NCBI GenBank assembly: GCA_951406725.2
Contig: OX597821.1
Location: 106,888,001-106,952,000 of the forward strand
Length of the DNA stretch: 64,000 nucleotides
From: Octopus vulgaris
Taxonomy: Eukaryota
Reading direction: 5' to 3'
Position numbers and translations under genes: made by a program. The notes under the pieces are model-generated. The model saw only the letters and a list, made by a program, of their open reading frames with translations, was not told the origin of the DNA and made no database searches. This document shows positions 13,884-56,918 of this stretch, piece after piece. How positions within the stretch are numbered: position 1 is the first letter of the stretch; each line of letters begins with the position of its first letter.

Positions 13884-14219
13884 GGTATGTATGTATGTAT
13901 GTATGTATGCATTTATTTATGTATGTATGTTACGTATACATGATTGAATATGTCACCTTGATCCAGGAATGATAGAAAAATACAATATCACTATTGAATT
14001 GCTACTTCAGGATTAAGCTGATAATAATTTCTTCCACTTAAGAGGAAGAACTCGATCTACAATAAATAAATTATATACAACATATCAATAGCTAAATTGT
14101 TATGCCTCTCAATCTCCTTCTCTATCTCCCTCTCTCTCCTCTCTCTCTCTCTCCCTCTGTATACATATATAAATATATATATATATATATACATTCATAA
14201 ATGAGGGTATATATATATA

Positions 14220-14585
14220 TATATTATATGAAATCCGTTCTGTCTGTCTGTGTGTGTGTCTTCTAGGATCTCTGGCATCCTCCATCCGATTGCACTCAAA
14301 TTTGATATTTATATACCGACGGTATCAGGGCGTGTATAAATCTTGAAGAAAATTACGATAATCGATACCAGGTAAGAATGCGATCGATAAAGTGAATAAA
14401 ATCGTTTTTCTTTGGAATAGAAAAAACGTCTATCTTTATTTCGTCTTTTGCCGGTGTCTTAAATTTAGGTTAAATCAGTGTTTGTCAAAGGGGAGGCAAT
14501 GGAATGGTCGCACAAGTTGCTTTGAGAAAATTTGGTTTAAATGTTTAATAACCCAGCACCGTCAATTGTACGGGGGACCTTTTGC

Positions 14586-14588
<3 letters not shown>
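14220..14588 (+). mobile_element. Non-autonomous Helitron-like element (copies at about 37365..37732 and 59128..59496)
   Basis: 5' (ctgt)n/(gt)n tract, ccgattgcactcaaatttg motif, subterminal hairpin ccgtcaattg(g)acgg followed by a CTAG-like end. Confidence 0.6.
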
Positions 14589-14676
<88 letters not shown>

Positions 14677-14678
<2 letters not shown>

Positions 14679-15199
14679 GTAAATCTTCCAGTATAATCCG
14701 CATTTCCTCAAAATTTAAAGGTCAAAATCCTTAGTGCGTACTATATACGACGTTAAAAATTTAAAATATTTTCTAAGCAATGTCCGAGTCTCTATTTGAC
14801 GCCCGGCAATGATTATTCAGACGCATTTTGTGAAGTCGGGCGCGAAAATACCTTACGCTAAGCCTGAAAGCAATGAAGTCATAAAAGAATCATCCATAAC
14901 TTGCAGTAAGCAACATTTACAACACGTTATTACTGTTACTTCTTTATTTTCTGCAAAAAAAAGTACAAAGAAGTTACATGTTGGCATTAAGTTATATGTA
15001 CAATACTAATAATAATAATAATAATAAAGGATATTACCGAATACATTTTTACAAACCAAGGACGTTAAATAGACCTCTTTGACTAAAGTTAGAGAAGGAG
15101 TGCGTATTATACAAAAAGTTTAGGTCTTTCAGAGGTACAGCGCCCTAAGAATCACCTGCGTTTTATACTCAAGTGCGGACTATACTCGAGGATATACGG
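14677..15199. mobile_element. Tc2/pogo-like MITE (copies at 37748..38265 and 59533..60043)
   Basis: Imperfect TIRs ccgtaaatcttccagtataatccgca / tgcggactatactcgaggatatacgg; inserted in (TA)n, consistent with a TA TSD. Confidence 0.8.
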
Positions 15200-15246
<47 letters not shown>

Positions 15247-17169
15247 GATGCAGTTTGGAACTTCTTTAGGCTAAATTTCTCTTCTGCTTGGAATGTATTG
15301 AACTTAAAACAAGATATTGTTTCAAGCCTAAGCTTCATTATAAACTTCTTTATTTAGTTGTTGACTTTGCTGATGAATTTTACCTAAAATGAGTTGTCTC
15401 CTGCTATATTCCATGGTGAACATCTTTTCTAACTTATAGTGGAGTGTTTTGAATTCTTTTAATTTCTTTATGCTTTCATTTCATAGAATGTCCCCTGTCG
15501 TCGATGTATGTTTCCAGTTTTATAGTATATATTTGAAGAAAATATTTCTGAATATTCGTAGTCATATTTGTAATTCATAATCTTTACTTACCCCATAAGT
15601 AACCTCTCAATAATTCAACTTTCCCTTTTTAAATATGATACTTGAAACTATTTTTGGCCATGGTTTCAACAGAAAAAAGTAATTCATATTTACAGCTGCA
15701 TTTTCTTCAGATGGTACGGCTTCCGCGATGAAATTACAACGTATCGCTATAGAAACAAATTCCATCACCAAATATCAATCATGCTTGTCTATCGATAGCT
15801 AAACCAACCACAATCTTTGTTTTAGTTGCCATAAACATGCTGAAATCTTCGGTAAATTTGCCACATCTACTGGTAGTAGTAAATTGCTTGACATTACACA
15901 ACCGCTGCGGCTACCGGCTGCCACACTTGTCACTGCAACTAGCGACGGCCACTCAGGCTGCTATTGTTGCGAAAACCACCACGACCAGGTAACATAGAAA
16001 CGTAAACAAAACAACGGCAGCATGTGAATTTCGTAAAAACAAAAAGTGAGCTTAAAGAACTAATATCATGGAACATTGATGAAATACAATTTATTCATTT
16101 TTTGTTAAAATTTCATCATGACTAAATCGTTTAACAACAGCAACCGAAACCGTTAGGATAACTTCTTACTTCTTTTCAAGACAGTGCTCAGCCACTTGCA
16201 CGTTAAATTCACGAGCAGGCTGTTCCGTTGATCGGTTCAACTGAAACCCTCGTCGTCGAAACCGACGGAGTGCCATGATTATAGCAACATATAACAATAA
16301 TATATAAGCAAAAGCTCTGCTCGAAACGTTAATTCCTCCTTCTTTCTTTCCTTTCCTGAGCGTCCAAGAACACTATAATTGTTCCACGTCCTCGCGTTGT
16401 GTTTTCTGTTTGTTCATGTTTGGATTAACCATATAATTAAGTATCTGGGTCTTATCACTCACGTTACCCATACATGCAATCATAGTTTGGTATCTGAGAT
16501 TGAACTAACTGAGATAACCTACATCTGCTAATTTCCTCCTTGCTGCATAAAATGACATCTGCATCTATTTGAAATAAAAGGAATATTTGCTTTCACATAT
16601 ATGTTTTCACTTTGATGCACATACATATTGTAAAGTAAATTAAAACTGAACTCAGTAATTGGTTTCATTATGATATTTTATTTCTAGAATATACGAAAGA
16701 TTAAGTTTGGAAATGTTAGGTTGAGCATTTATAATGTATTTTCTGTAATATATTGGTGTTATTTATTTATGTAAATGAGGAAAAGTGACAAGTAGAATAT
16801 ATGCAGATGTGGTAGCAGGAAAATTAAAATAGAGACTGAAAAATCATGGTGTGAATATATATATTTTTATACAATTTTAATTAAAAGATGGCGGACAGGT
16901 ATAAATAATCCGGCTGAAAAATCAATGGCTGCCTGATTGATAATAAAGAGTATATTATCATCCCGAGGTTTCACCGGTAGAAGGCGTTCGAGCTCGCTTC
17001 AGCATTACCCATCTTTACCTTTTAAGAAAAAATAATCTTGCTTGAGAAAGTGCAGATGTGCCCAGGTTCCAAAAGCATTTAATGGTGAAATCGTGAGGTA
17101 GTGCTGCTAAAGGCGTCTTCGTACTGAATTTACTTACAATCGAAAATGCATAATAAAATGAGACATCGT

Positions 17170-31399
<14,230 letters not shown>

Positions 31400-32001
31400 G
31401 CTTATTCTAATTTTGTGACATCCAGAAAATTCTTCCCATTTAGCAAACGAAATCCTTAGAATAGAAGAAGCAGGTTTTATATCTTAATGAGTTTAATTAT
31501 CCTTGTATGTGGAATTATAATATAAATTATTAAAATCCAGATATACAATATTGACAGATGCTTGATATTAATTTTGATATTTCATTTAGAGAAAAAAAAT
31601 GTCTGCAATTAATTTCGGGGGAATCACTAAGATTCTAATATATATGCGCTCCCATATAGATGTTAGATTGTTATGGGTAAAACAAACGTTGCATATAATC
31701 TGCTACACAATATATTCTCTATTCAAAAGGAAATAGATTTGATTAACTTCCGTAAGATGCATTGACTGTCGACTGCATACAACGGCCCAGTTACCTGTAT
31801 GATTCAATTTGTAATCTATGAAAAAAGCTATTAGTCCTTATATTCGATAAATATACGTCTGTATATGTTGTTTTGCTAATGTTACCTGCATGTATATACA
31901 TATAAATATATATATATATACAAACACATATCAAACTATATATATATATATACATACATACGTGTGTGGAGGGTGTTTCTACGTATAAATGCAGGTACAT
32001 A

Positions 32002-32066
<65 letters not shown>

Positions 32067-34529
32067 GTGTGTGTATGTGTGTGTGTGCATGTGTGAGGGT
32101 ATATGTGTGTACGTGTGTGTGTTTGCTGCGACAAGGAACTTTCAATATGAAATTTCCGTCCATCAGGGGGGGAATTTAATGCATTAACGTTATATTACCG
32201 TCAATATATTCCTCGTACATAAAGCATTAATATGCAATACATTTCAATGTGTTATGTTAATAAAACAAATTATTCCTATTGGTACTTAGATAATTGTACT
32301 TAAATCATTAGTACAATGGCTTATATTGACGACATGAGAGTAGTTGATATTTTTGAACGCTGATATTTCTGAACAAACACACAGTTCTCAACCTGACGAA
32401 TACGCCTTGAAATATTTAGCGAATGGTTTGAAGAGTCAAAACAGAATCCCCGGAAAGCTGAATATTATTTCAAAACCCAGAAAATGATTTATCCAAGAAT
32501 CTTCTAGGTTTGCAATGAAGCCCCTTGCTTGTTCTTGTTACCCACTCGGATTCAATTTTTGAGTAATGGCTTCTTCAACAAATCGAGATTTTCCAATGTT
32601 AAAATATGCTTATATAGGGGAAAGGAGACAATGCATTTCTCAAGTTAAGGGACCATCGTGATTACCCAACTTCTCTTAAAAGATTTAAGCGAATGGAACA
32701 TGTATCTCAAAGGCAGTAGAAAATTTGAAATAGAATGAAATGTAGATTTAGTTGCGTATTTCTGCATCTGTGCCAAATATATATTTGTAAGAAAGTGTTG
32801 CATACATATAGTGTTGAATTAAATTTAATTCCGTTTTGGGATTTGGTTTGCAAAATTCTTTATATAAGTCGGTGTGTTGAAGCATATTATGTTGTGCCTG
32901 GAGAGAGTCATTTTTTGGTGCCTTATTATTTAACACACTCACCGGAAAAAATTTCCACTTATTTTTTATTTCTATTTTCCAAAACTTTTCGTTGCGTGTT
33001 GCAACCTTTTCTATAGAGCAAAAACTATTGAAAAGTTTGCAACACGCAACGGAAGTTTTAGGAAAAGAAAAGTAAGAAATAAGTGGAAATTTTACCGGTG
33101 AGTGAGTTAAATAATAAGGCACAAAAACAAAATGATTCTCCCCAGACACAACACAATAAAGTAAATTCATTCTATTGATATTCTGATCTGTCCAGATGAA
33201 GGCGAAGAATCAAACAAAAACGGGCAATTTTGTTTTTAAATGTGAAGCACTAAAAGAATAAAGTGATTGTTTAAAATCGTATTCATATTTCGTGAGGAAA
33301 AATGAAAACTGCACATGGATTTTCAAGTGATATTCAAAACGGTTTCTTTGAATTTTATAGCAACAACCAGCGAGGGTGAAATTAAGCCGATGATCGAAAA
33401 AATGGAATTTGTTTCCATTAAGATTGATGAGACTATACACACTCGAATGAATTCTTAATTGCCATACATTTTGTAATTTGTTTTTGAGAAAAAAAATTTC
33501 AAGCAATGTTTTTGAGATTCGCCGATGTCAGGTTTCAAACTTAGCCAAAACAGCATCGCACAAACTTATGATGGAACGAGCATGATGGCCTAGACTTCGA
33601 GCTTTTGCAGAAAAGAATAAAAGATAGTTGGGCGTGAGCATCACATTGTTATGCATTTTCACTTAATTTGATATTCTCTCAATCAGCTTCAAGTATTCGC
33701 GAATGTCGAATTTTCCAAACTTGGAAAATACTAATTTTTTTCTCAAATTTGACGGCTTGAATAGCTGTATACAAATGAAACCGACGGAGAGTAATTTCTA
33801 ACGTTACCTGAAACAGTTTTGAATTATACATTTCGACAATTATTCCTTTTCCTCAACAAAATTGCTGTGTTTTCTCGGGTATATTGAAACGTATTAGAAT
33901 GTCCATAGTATTGGAGTGCTTCAGAATTAGAACAGACAAAGGAATTAATTACAATCCAAGATTTTCAGTTTAAAACTTATTGCGGTTTTTGAAGCAAATA
34001 TTCAGTGGCCCATGGATTCTGATTTCGATTCTTCAAAAACGTTCCCAATATTTTTCGAGGCGTATTCGTCAGGTTGAGAAGGTCAAAAGACAATCTTTTG
34101 GTATTGTTGCGGTATGTGTATTTGTTGTATTAGGATGGCTGCATAAACTACAAACAAAACAAAACTCTTAGATATTTAAAACCAGATTTAAATATGAAAA
34201 CCGGAGAAGACTGAACATGAATACATAAATTATCAAATCCTCACTGGTGAAGAGACTGGAATACAGGGGTAGACTTATAAGTGATGGCCCAGTCATTAGT
34301 TATTTCCAAGACTTAACTGCAAATTCTTGTTGATGCTACGGCCTTGATTTAAAATACCATTGTTTGAAATCTTTGAGTTCAGGTTTGTTGACTTGTTGAA
34401 TCCGAAGATTTTGCAGGCTTAGTAAAACAAAATTTCGTGAAATACTACAATCATACATACTGCAACAATGCTAACCAATTGTCTTTTGAATATATATTTT
34501 ATTTTTATTTTTTTATCTATTTTATTTTA

Positions 34530-35030
34530 TTCTATTTAGTTTCAGCTCACAAGGTGTGGCCATGCTGGAGCACCGCCATCTGGTGTTGCTACATGATTTT
34601 AATTCACGAATGCTTTTTAGCAAATGCCATCTGGTGCATGAGAGAGTTCGATGCAGCTGCGCTCATCTGCACCTCCTGTCGTGAAGATGGTTCATCTGGG
34701 ACACATGACAAGAACATATCCAGTTTTATTTTAAAGACATCTGCATCCATCCCATGCAGGTCTCTTACGTTCTTCGGGAAGATATTGAAGAGCTGTGGGC
34801 CTCGGAAGTCCATGCTATCACAGTATCTTGTCCTACATCTTGAGGGCAAATTTGGAGTCCTTGGCACTATGCAGTGGCGCCCAGTTCTGGCATTTGTGTA
34901 ACTCTCGATGCCAAATTTGGGACAAGTCCTTCTAGGATCTTCCAGAAGTATATTATGGCATAGCTTTTTCGCCTACGCTCTAAGGAATAGAGTTTCAATC
35001 TCTTGAGTCTTTCCCAATAGCTTATATGCT
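34530..35030 (-). mobile_element. CR1-group LINE 3' fragment (shorter copy at 13020..13332)
   Basis: SYWERLKRLKLYSLERRR...IYFWKILEGLVP and RGPQLFNIFPKNVRD...FKIKLDMFLSCVPDEP. Confidence 0.8.
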
Positions 35031-35783
35031 AAATATGTATATATAAAGGAACAAAAGAGTCAACAGAGGTGATAAATTGGCTTGATGGGTGCTAGGCATA
35101 ATGTAAGTAGAATATGTTTGTAAGTTGTAGAGAAGCATAAAATGATGAGTGTAACTACATAAATGTTTAAATATTAAGCCAAGTGGTAGGAAAACAATAC
35201 GATTGTATAGCTTGGTAATTATAAGTAATGAGAAATAAATACAATGGGAGGTGGATAAGAATATACGTTATGGCTTAATATGTGAGTTATTAACCTCTGC
35301 ACCTTCTTATCAAGTTAATAAAAAAAATATTTTTTAGGTTTAAGCGAAAAACCTTTGATTCTCTCAGTAAAATTCCCACTTCTTAATCATAGGTATGAGC
35401 GAAATAGACTTGTCTGCACATAGTAAAATGTGTTTTCTATATGTGGATTAATACATAATTGGTTATTCTGATTCTTTTTACTACTATATCAGGACTAACT
35501 CGTATATCTGGTCCGCCCCTTTTCCAGGCTTCATATTGATTTTGAGCCCTTCTTTTTGTTCCTCCACATTTGTTTTTATTTCTGCTCATTTATAATTATA
35601 CAGCTATCCAATCACTCTATTTTCCTATCACTTTGCTCAATACTTAATCGTTTATGCATTTATACACATCATTTTAGACTTTCATACACATTATAAACAT
35701 ATTCTACTTACGTTATACCTTGTACCAATCCCATAGAATATTTTCTTATCGAGCCATTTTATCACCTTTATCTATATCTTTTT

Positions 35784-35835
<52 letters not shown>

Positions 35836-36984
35836 CTTATATATATATATATTGTTGGATATACATCGGTGTGTAGAAGGCTAGTCTGCGATATATTCAA
35901 TAAATTTGTCTAATGAACATTTGAATTTTATGGGATCCGTTTCCGTTTTGACATATTTTGTTAAGGTATTAAAGGGAGCTGGACCGGTTGAGGTAAATTA
36001 ATTGTGATGTAATGTTGCTATGTGTACCGAGTTTGATTTTTGTGGTGGGTGGATAGCACAGGTGCGAAAGTCTTTGAGGAATTTTAAAATGTATATGACA
36101 GCAATTGATATTTCTGTTATTCTCATTCACTGATTTCTCAACCACTGTTATTATCTCTTTGTATTATTTGATAGTTATATTCATATCTTATACTTCTATT
36201 TATTATTCGTGTATTGTAAAATACTGTAAATATACTTCAGACTAATTTGTATATTTGTTTCCCACATTTTCTGGCTCTATTTCGATATATTGATATATCT
36301 ATATATGAGATAATGATATTTTGATATATTGATATGGATTTCTTCGTTTCTCTTATCCCAACACACTGTAATTATTTCTACTAATCCATAAATTTTAACC
36401 TTTGTATATATTATACCAAATTTTACTTGCTTTAAAACATAAAGCCATTTCATATTAGTTACTTAATTACATGTATTTTGCTACCTTACATCACTTTGTT
36501 TGAAATTCATCGCAGTATACAATACAATATGGAATATGAACTGTATTTTTCTTCTTTTTAATTTGTTTATCAAAATCTTTATTTATTTATATTAATAACA
36601 AATTGCATGTTTTATTAATAAATATTGCATGTTGTCAAGTAAAACTTAACTCAAACAAATTTAATGGTAAGCTTCAAATTTATATATTTATATAAAAATT
36701 CTCTTATGTTATTATCCTCTCCCCCTCCATCTTGTTATTTTCCTCTCTAAAATAAATTTCTTCTCCAAGTATCGAAGCCAAACATCAGTTTAAAATCATC
36801 AGCTACAAGAACATCATCTCTGCGTGGCCTGAATTTAGTAGAAGCCACTGAGCTTACCAAGGTGTGTTATTTCTGAAGGGCCGTTGGCAAACTTCTTTGA
36901 ATGTGTATATGGAGTGAGATGCAGATTCTGGTACTGTTAAAGTGGTTAACGTTTTATGGGAATTGACATTTTATTTCCTCGCTG

Positions 36985-37095
<111 letters not shown>

Positions 37096-38264
37096 CATGT
37101 ATTTATGTATGTATGCTTACGTACACATGATTGAATATGTCACCTTAATCCAGGAATGATAGAAAAATACAATATAATTATTGAATTGTTACTTCGGGAT
37201 TAAGCTTATAATAATTTCCTCCACTTAAGAGGAAGAACACGATGTACAATAACTAAATTATATACAACATATCAATAGCTAAATTGTTATGCCTCTCAAT
37301 CTCCTTAAATATCTCCCTCTCTCCCTCTCTCTCTCCTCTCTCTCTCTCTGTATATATATATATATATAATATATGACACCCGTTCTGTCTGTCTGTGTGT
37401 GTTTCTTCTAGGAGCTCGGGCATCCTCCATCCGATTGCACTGAAATTTGATATGTAAATACCGACGGTATCAGGGCGTGTATAAATCTTGAAGAAAATTA
37501 CAATAATCGATACCAAGTGAGAAAGCGATCGATAAAGTGAATAAAATCGTTTTTCTTTGGAATAGAAAAAACGTCTATCTTTATTTCTTCTTTTGCTGGT
37601 GTCTCAAATGTAGGTTAAATCAGTGTTTCTCAAAGGGGAGGCCATGGAACGGTCGGACAAGTTGCTTTGAGAAAATTTGGTTTAAATATTTGGCAACTCA
37701 GCAACGTCCATTGGACGGGGGAGCTTTTGCTCATATATATATATATACCTTAAATCCTCCAGTATAATCCGCATTTTTTCCCAAAAATTTAAAGGTCAGA
37801 ATACCTACAGCGTACTATATACGACGTCAAAAATTTAAAATATTTTCTAAGCAATGTCCGAGTCTGTATTTGAAGTCCCGGCAATGTTTATTCAGAAGCA
37901 TTTTGGGATGTCGGGCGCGAATATACCTTAAGCGAAGCCTGAAAGCAATGAAGTCATAAAAGAATCATCCATAACTTGCAATAAGCAACATTTGCTAGAC
38001 GTTATTACTGTTATTTCTTTATTTTCTGCAAACAAAATGCACAAAATGTTACACGTTTGCATTATGTTATATATACAATACTAATAATAATAAAGGATGT
38101 TACCGTATACATTTTTACAAAACAAGGACGTTAAATAGACCTCTTTGACTCAAGTTAGAGAAGGGGTGCGTATTATACACAAAGTTTAGGTTTTTCAGAG
38201 GTACAGCGCCCTAAGCATTCCCTGCGTTTTATACTCAAGGGCGGACTATACTCGAGGATATACG

Positions 38265-38316
<52 letters not shown>

Positions 38317-40264
38317 GATGCAGTTTAGAACTTCTTTAGTCTAACGTTATATGAAACATTCTCTTCTGTTTGGAATGTATTGAACTTAAAAGAAGTTATT
38401 GTTTCAAGTCTAAGCTTCATCATAAATAGCTCTCTTTAGTTGTTGACTTTGCTGATAAATTTTACTAAAAATTAGGTGTCTCCTGCTTTATTCCATGGTG
38501 AACATTTTTACTACCTTATAGTGGAATGTTTCGAATTCTTTTAACTTCTTTATGCTTTCATTTCATAGAATGTCCCCTGTCGTTGATGTATGCTTCCAGT
38601 TTTATAGTATATATTTGAAGAAAATATTTCTGAATATTCGTAGACATATTTGTAATTCATAATCTTTACTTACCCCATGATTAGCTTCTCAATAATTGAA
38701 CTTTCCCTTTTTAAATATGTTACTTGAAACTATTTTTCGCCATGGTGTCAACAGAAAAAAGTAATTCATATTTACAGCTGCATTTTCTTCAGATGGTACG
38801 GCTTCCGCGATGAAATTACAACGTATCGCTATAGAAACAAATTCCATCACCAAATATCAATCGTGCTTGTCTATCGATAGGTTAACCAACCACAATCTTT
38901 GTTTTAGTTGCCATAAACATGCTGAAATCATCGGTAAATTTGCAACATCTACTGGTAGTAGTAAATTGCTTGACATTACACAACCGATTGACTTACCAAC
39001 ATTCCAACTGCTGTGGTTACCGGCTGCCACACTTGTCACTGCAACTAGCGACGCCACTCAGACTGCTATTGTTGCGAGAACCAGCACGACCAGGTAACAT
39101 AGAAATGTAAACAAAACAACGGCAGCATGTGAATTTCGTAAAAACAAAACGTGAGATTGAAGAACTAATATCATGGAACATTGATGAAATAAAATTTATT
39201 CATTTTTTGTTAAAGTTTCATCATGACTAAATCGTCTTTCTACAGCAACCGAAACCGTTAGGATTACTTCTTACTTTTAAACAAGACAGTGCTCAGCCAC
39301 TTGCACGTTAATTTCACGAGCAGGCTGTTCAACTGGAACGCTCGTCGTCGAAACCGACGGAGTGCCATGATTATAGCAACATATAACAATAATATATAAA
39401 CAAAAGCTCCGCTCGAAACGTTAATTCCTCCTTCTTTCTTTCCTTTCCTGAGCGTCCAAGAACACTATAATTGTTCCACGTCCTCGCGTTGTTGTGTTTT
39501 CTGTTTGTTCATGTTTGGATTAACCATATAATTAAGTATCTGGGTCTTACCACTCACGTTACCCATACATGCAATCATAGTTTGTTATCTGAGATTGAAC
39601 TAACTGAGAGAACCTATATCTACTAATTTCGTCCTTGCTGCATAAAATGACATCTGCATCACTTTGAAATAAAAGGAATCTTTGCTTTCAAATATTGTTT
39701 CTCACTTTGATGCACATACATATTGTAAAGTAAATTAAAACTGAACTCAGTAAGTGGTTTCATTATGATATTTTATTTCTAGAATATACGAAAGATTAAG
39801 TTTGAAAATGCAAGGTTGGGCATTTATAATGTATTTTCTGTAATATATTGGTGTTATTTATTTATGTAAATGAGAAAAAGTGACAAGTAGAACATGTGCA
39901 GATGTGGTAGCAGGAAAATTACAATAGAGACTGAAAAATCATTTTGTGAATATATATATTTTTATACAATTTTACTTAAAAGATGGCGGACAGTTATAAA
40001 TAATCCAGCAGAAAAATCAATGGCTACATGACTGATAATAAAGAGTATAGAATCATCCTGAGGTTTCACCGGTAGAAGGCGTTCGAACTCGCTTCAGCAT
40101 TACCCATCTTTACCTTTTAAGAGAAAATTATCTTGGTTGAGAAAGTGCAGATGTGCCCAGGTTCCAAAGGCATTTAATGGTGAAATAGTGAGGTAGTGCT
40201 GCTAAAGGCGTCTTCGTACTGAATTTACTTATCATCGAAAATGTATAATAAAATGAGACATCGT

Positions 40265-54412
<14,148 letters not shown>

Positions 54413-54913
54413 GCTTATTCTAATTTTGTGACATCCAGAAAATTCTTCCCATTTAGCAAACGAAATCCTTAGAATAGAAGAAGCAGGTTTTATATCTTAA
54501 TGAGTTTAATAATCCTTGTTTGTGGAATTATAATATAAATTATTAAAATCCAGTTATACAATATAGACAGATGCTTGATATTAATTTTGATATTTCATTT
54601 AGATAAAATTTCACTAGAGAAAATATGTCTGCAATTAATTTCGGGGGAATCACTAAGATTCTAATATATATGTGCTCCCATATAGATGTTAGATTGTTAT
54701 GGATAAAAAAAGTTGCATATAATTTGCTACAATATATATTTTCTATTCCAAAGGAAGTAGATTTGATTAACTTCAGTAAGAAGCATAGATTGTCGACTGC
54801 ATACACCGGTTCAGTTGCTTGTATGATTAAATTTTTAATCTATGAAAAAAGCTATTAGTCCTTATATTCGATAAATATACGTCTGTATATGTTGTTTTGC
54901 TAGTGTTACCTGC

Positions 54914-54981
<68 letters not shown>

Positions 54982-54985
<4 letters not shown>

Positions 54986-56879
54986 AAAGCAATTAAGATT
55001 AAAGTCAGTTCTATTGAATTCACTTGAATGCGGTACTTATCTTAGATGCACCAGAAAACTATATGGTATTAACCATACAATAATGTGGGGGGATTATAAA
55101 AGAAAAAAAAGCAACAAGAATGGATTAGTTTTTCAATATAATTGTTTCATACAAAGACAAGCTTTATTAAAAGCTGCAAATATTGCAGCAAATACAAGTG
55201 TCCCGTACTCATCAGCTAAAACACATATGAGTTCTCCAAGCATCCTAGTGGGTGAGGCTACACTCATGAAGTATCGGAGATAGTTCTATAAAAAGCAAAT
55301 TTAGGTTGTTAGCAGACTCCCAAAGTTCTCTAATGATGATGCACAGTCTTATAACAGGATTTAAAAAAGTTTGTTAGCTTCACAGAGAAGGTGATTCAAT
55401 CCATAATGTAGGTGCAAATTACCGGAGATATGAGGAGATATTTCATACTCACAGACGATGAATCTCTCCATGATTAATCCACAATAAGGTGGGTATAATT
55501 TCCTGCTATATGATAAGATACTTGTCACACCTCTGTCCATTTTCCAAAACTGCTATTTTAGAATTATAAAGGCTGACGGAATTTTGTGGAGCAACGAAAA
55601 GAAAAAGAAAAAGAAAAACCGCCCACATAGAGCATACTGGGATAACTGAGAGGGAAGGGGTCGCAGGTACCCACCTACACAGAAAAGTCTCTTTCTGTGG
55701 AGACAGACAGTCTGGCTTAGAATTTGCAGGAATTTAAGAATTATAAAGGAGAACATTATTTTTGACCAGTATACAGCTTCTAATTGCCAATCCGACGGAG
55801 CTAAAGCAGATATAAGAATCTAAAGAGAACAAGGGAAGGGATAAAGGGGTCAAAGGTTATCATTAGAGGAAAATACGTTAAGAGAAATAAGTGCAATACT
55901 AGAAGGAGGTCATTTAATTAATTTATTTATTATTGTTACTGTTTATATTATTGTTACTGTTTATACAATGACAGACTGTAGGTCTATACCTAGAGGTCAT
56001 TTACAAGGTGTGAGAGAATTGCTTATCATATTGAAATTTCTTATACTACTTTTAAGGGAGTTGCATTACTTATTTAACTTTATAATAGAATTATGAAGTA
56101 TTAGTAACTTATTTGATTTAAGTTGTGTTACCTAAATTAGATTAAAGTTAGATTAAATTAAATTAAATTAACTATATAGTCAATTAAACTTTTTTAGGCA
56201 ACGTACAAATACTATTTATTTCTTTATGTTCAAAATCAGGTGCAGTTTGAAAGAAAGAAATAACCATGGTTTAAGAGCTCGCAGTTATCTATTTAAAAAA
56301 ATATTAGAGTTTTGTTTAACTAGTAAAAGCAAGATAGATCTATCTCCATACGATTATTCTATACGGTTTTTATTTAAAATATTTTAGAGTCTTCATTTTA
56401 GCGTGAATACAAGATGGACTCAGTTCTTTATGGTTATTTAACAAATTCCTATTTTTTCTATGCATTAGAATTTCATACAACTCCATGGAGCAGAGTTGGC
56501 AACCAACCCTGTTATTTTTATAAGGCATTGCTCTTCTAACTATTTCCCAATCAAGGTTATATTTAATATTATTATTTTTGAGTTCCCAGATCTTACTTGA
56601 AAGTTTGGTGGTACCAGCTTTATGACGTAACTTAAAAGAGGAGATATGATTGCTAACTCTTTTCCTAAAATTTATAGTACAACCTAAATAAAGAAATTTG
56701 CTATTCTCAGTAGTTATGGTACATTTATAGATTACGTTACTTACCCCGCACAGACCAGGTGCCGGGCATTTTGACCTAATTCTACAATTACACGTAGGGG
56801 GATCATCTTCAGATGTTGGATAATTTATGGATAGATGTCTCATGTTCTTGCTATTCTGATTATCATGAGTATATTTATC

Positions 56880-56918
<39 letters not shown>

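Noticed and set aside
15729-15995. GC-richer block with ORFs in some copies (38810..39097, 60548..60847) as a possible extra exon or gene
   Set aside because: Stop codons and indels differ between copies and there is no recognisable motif; probably an old repeat
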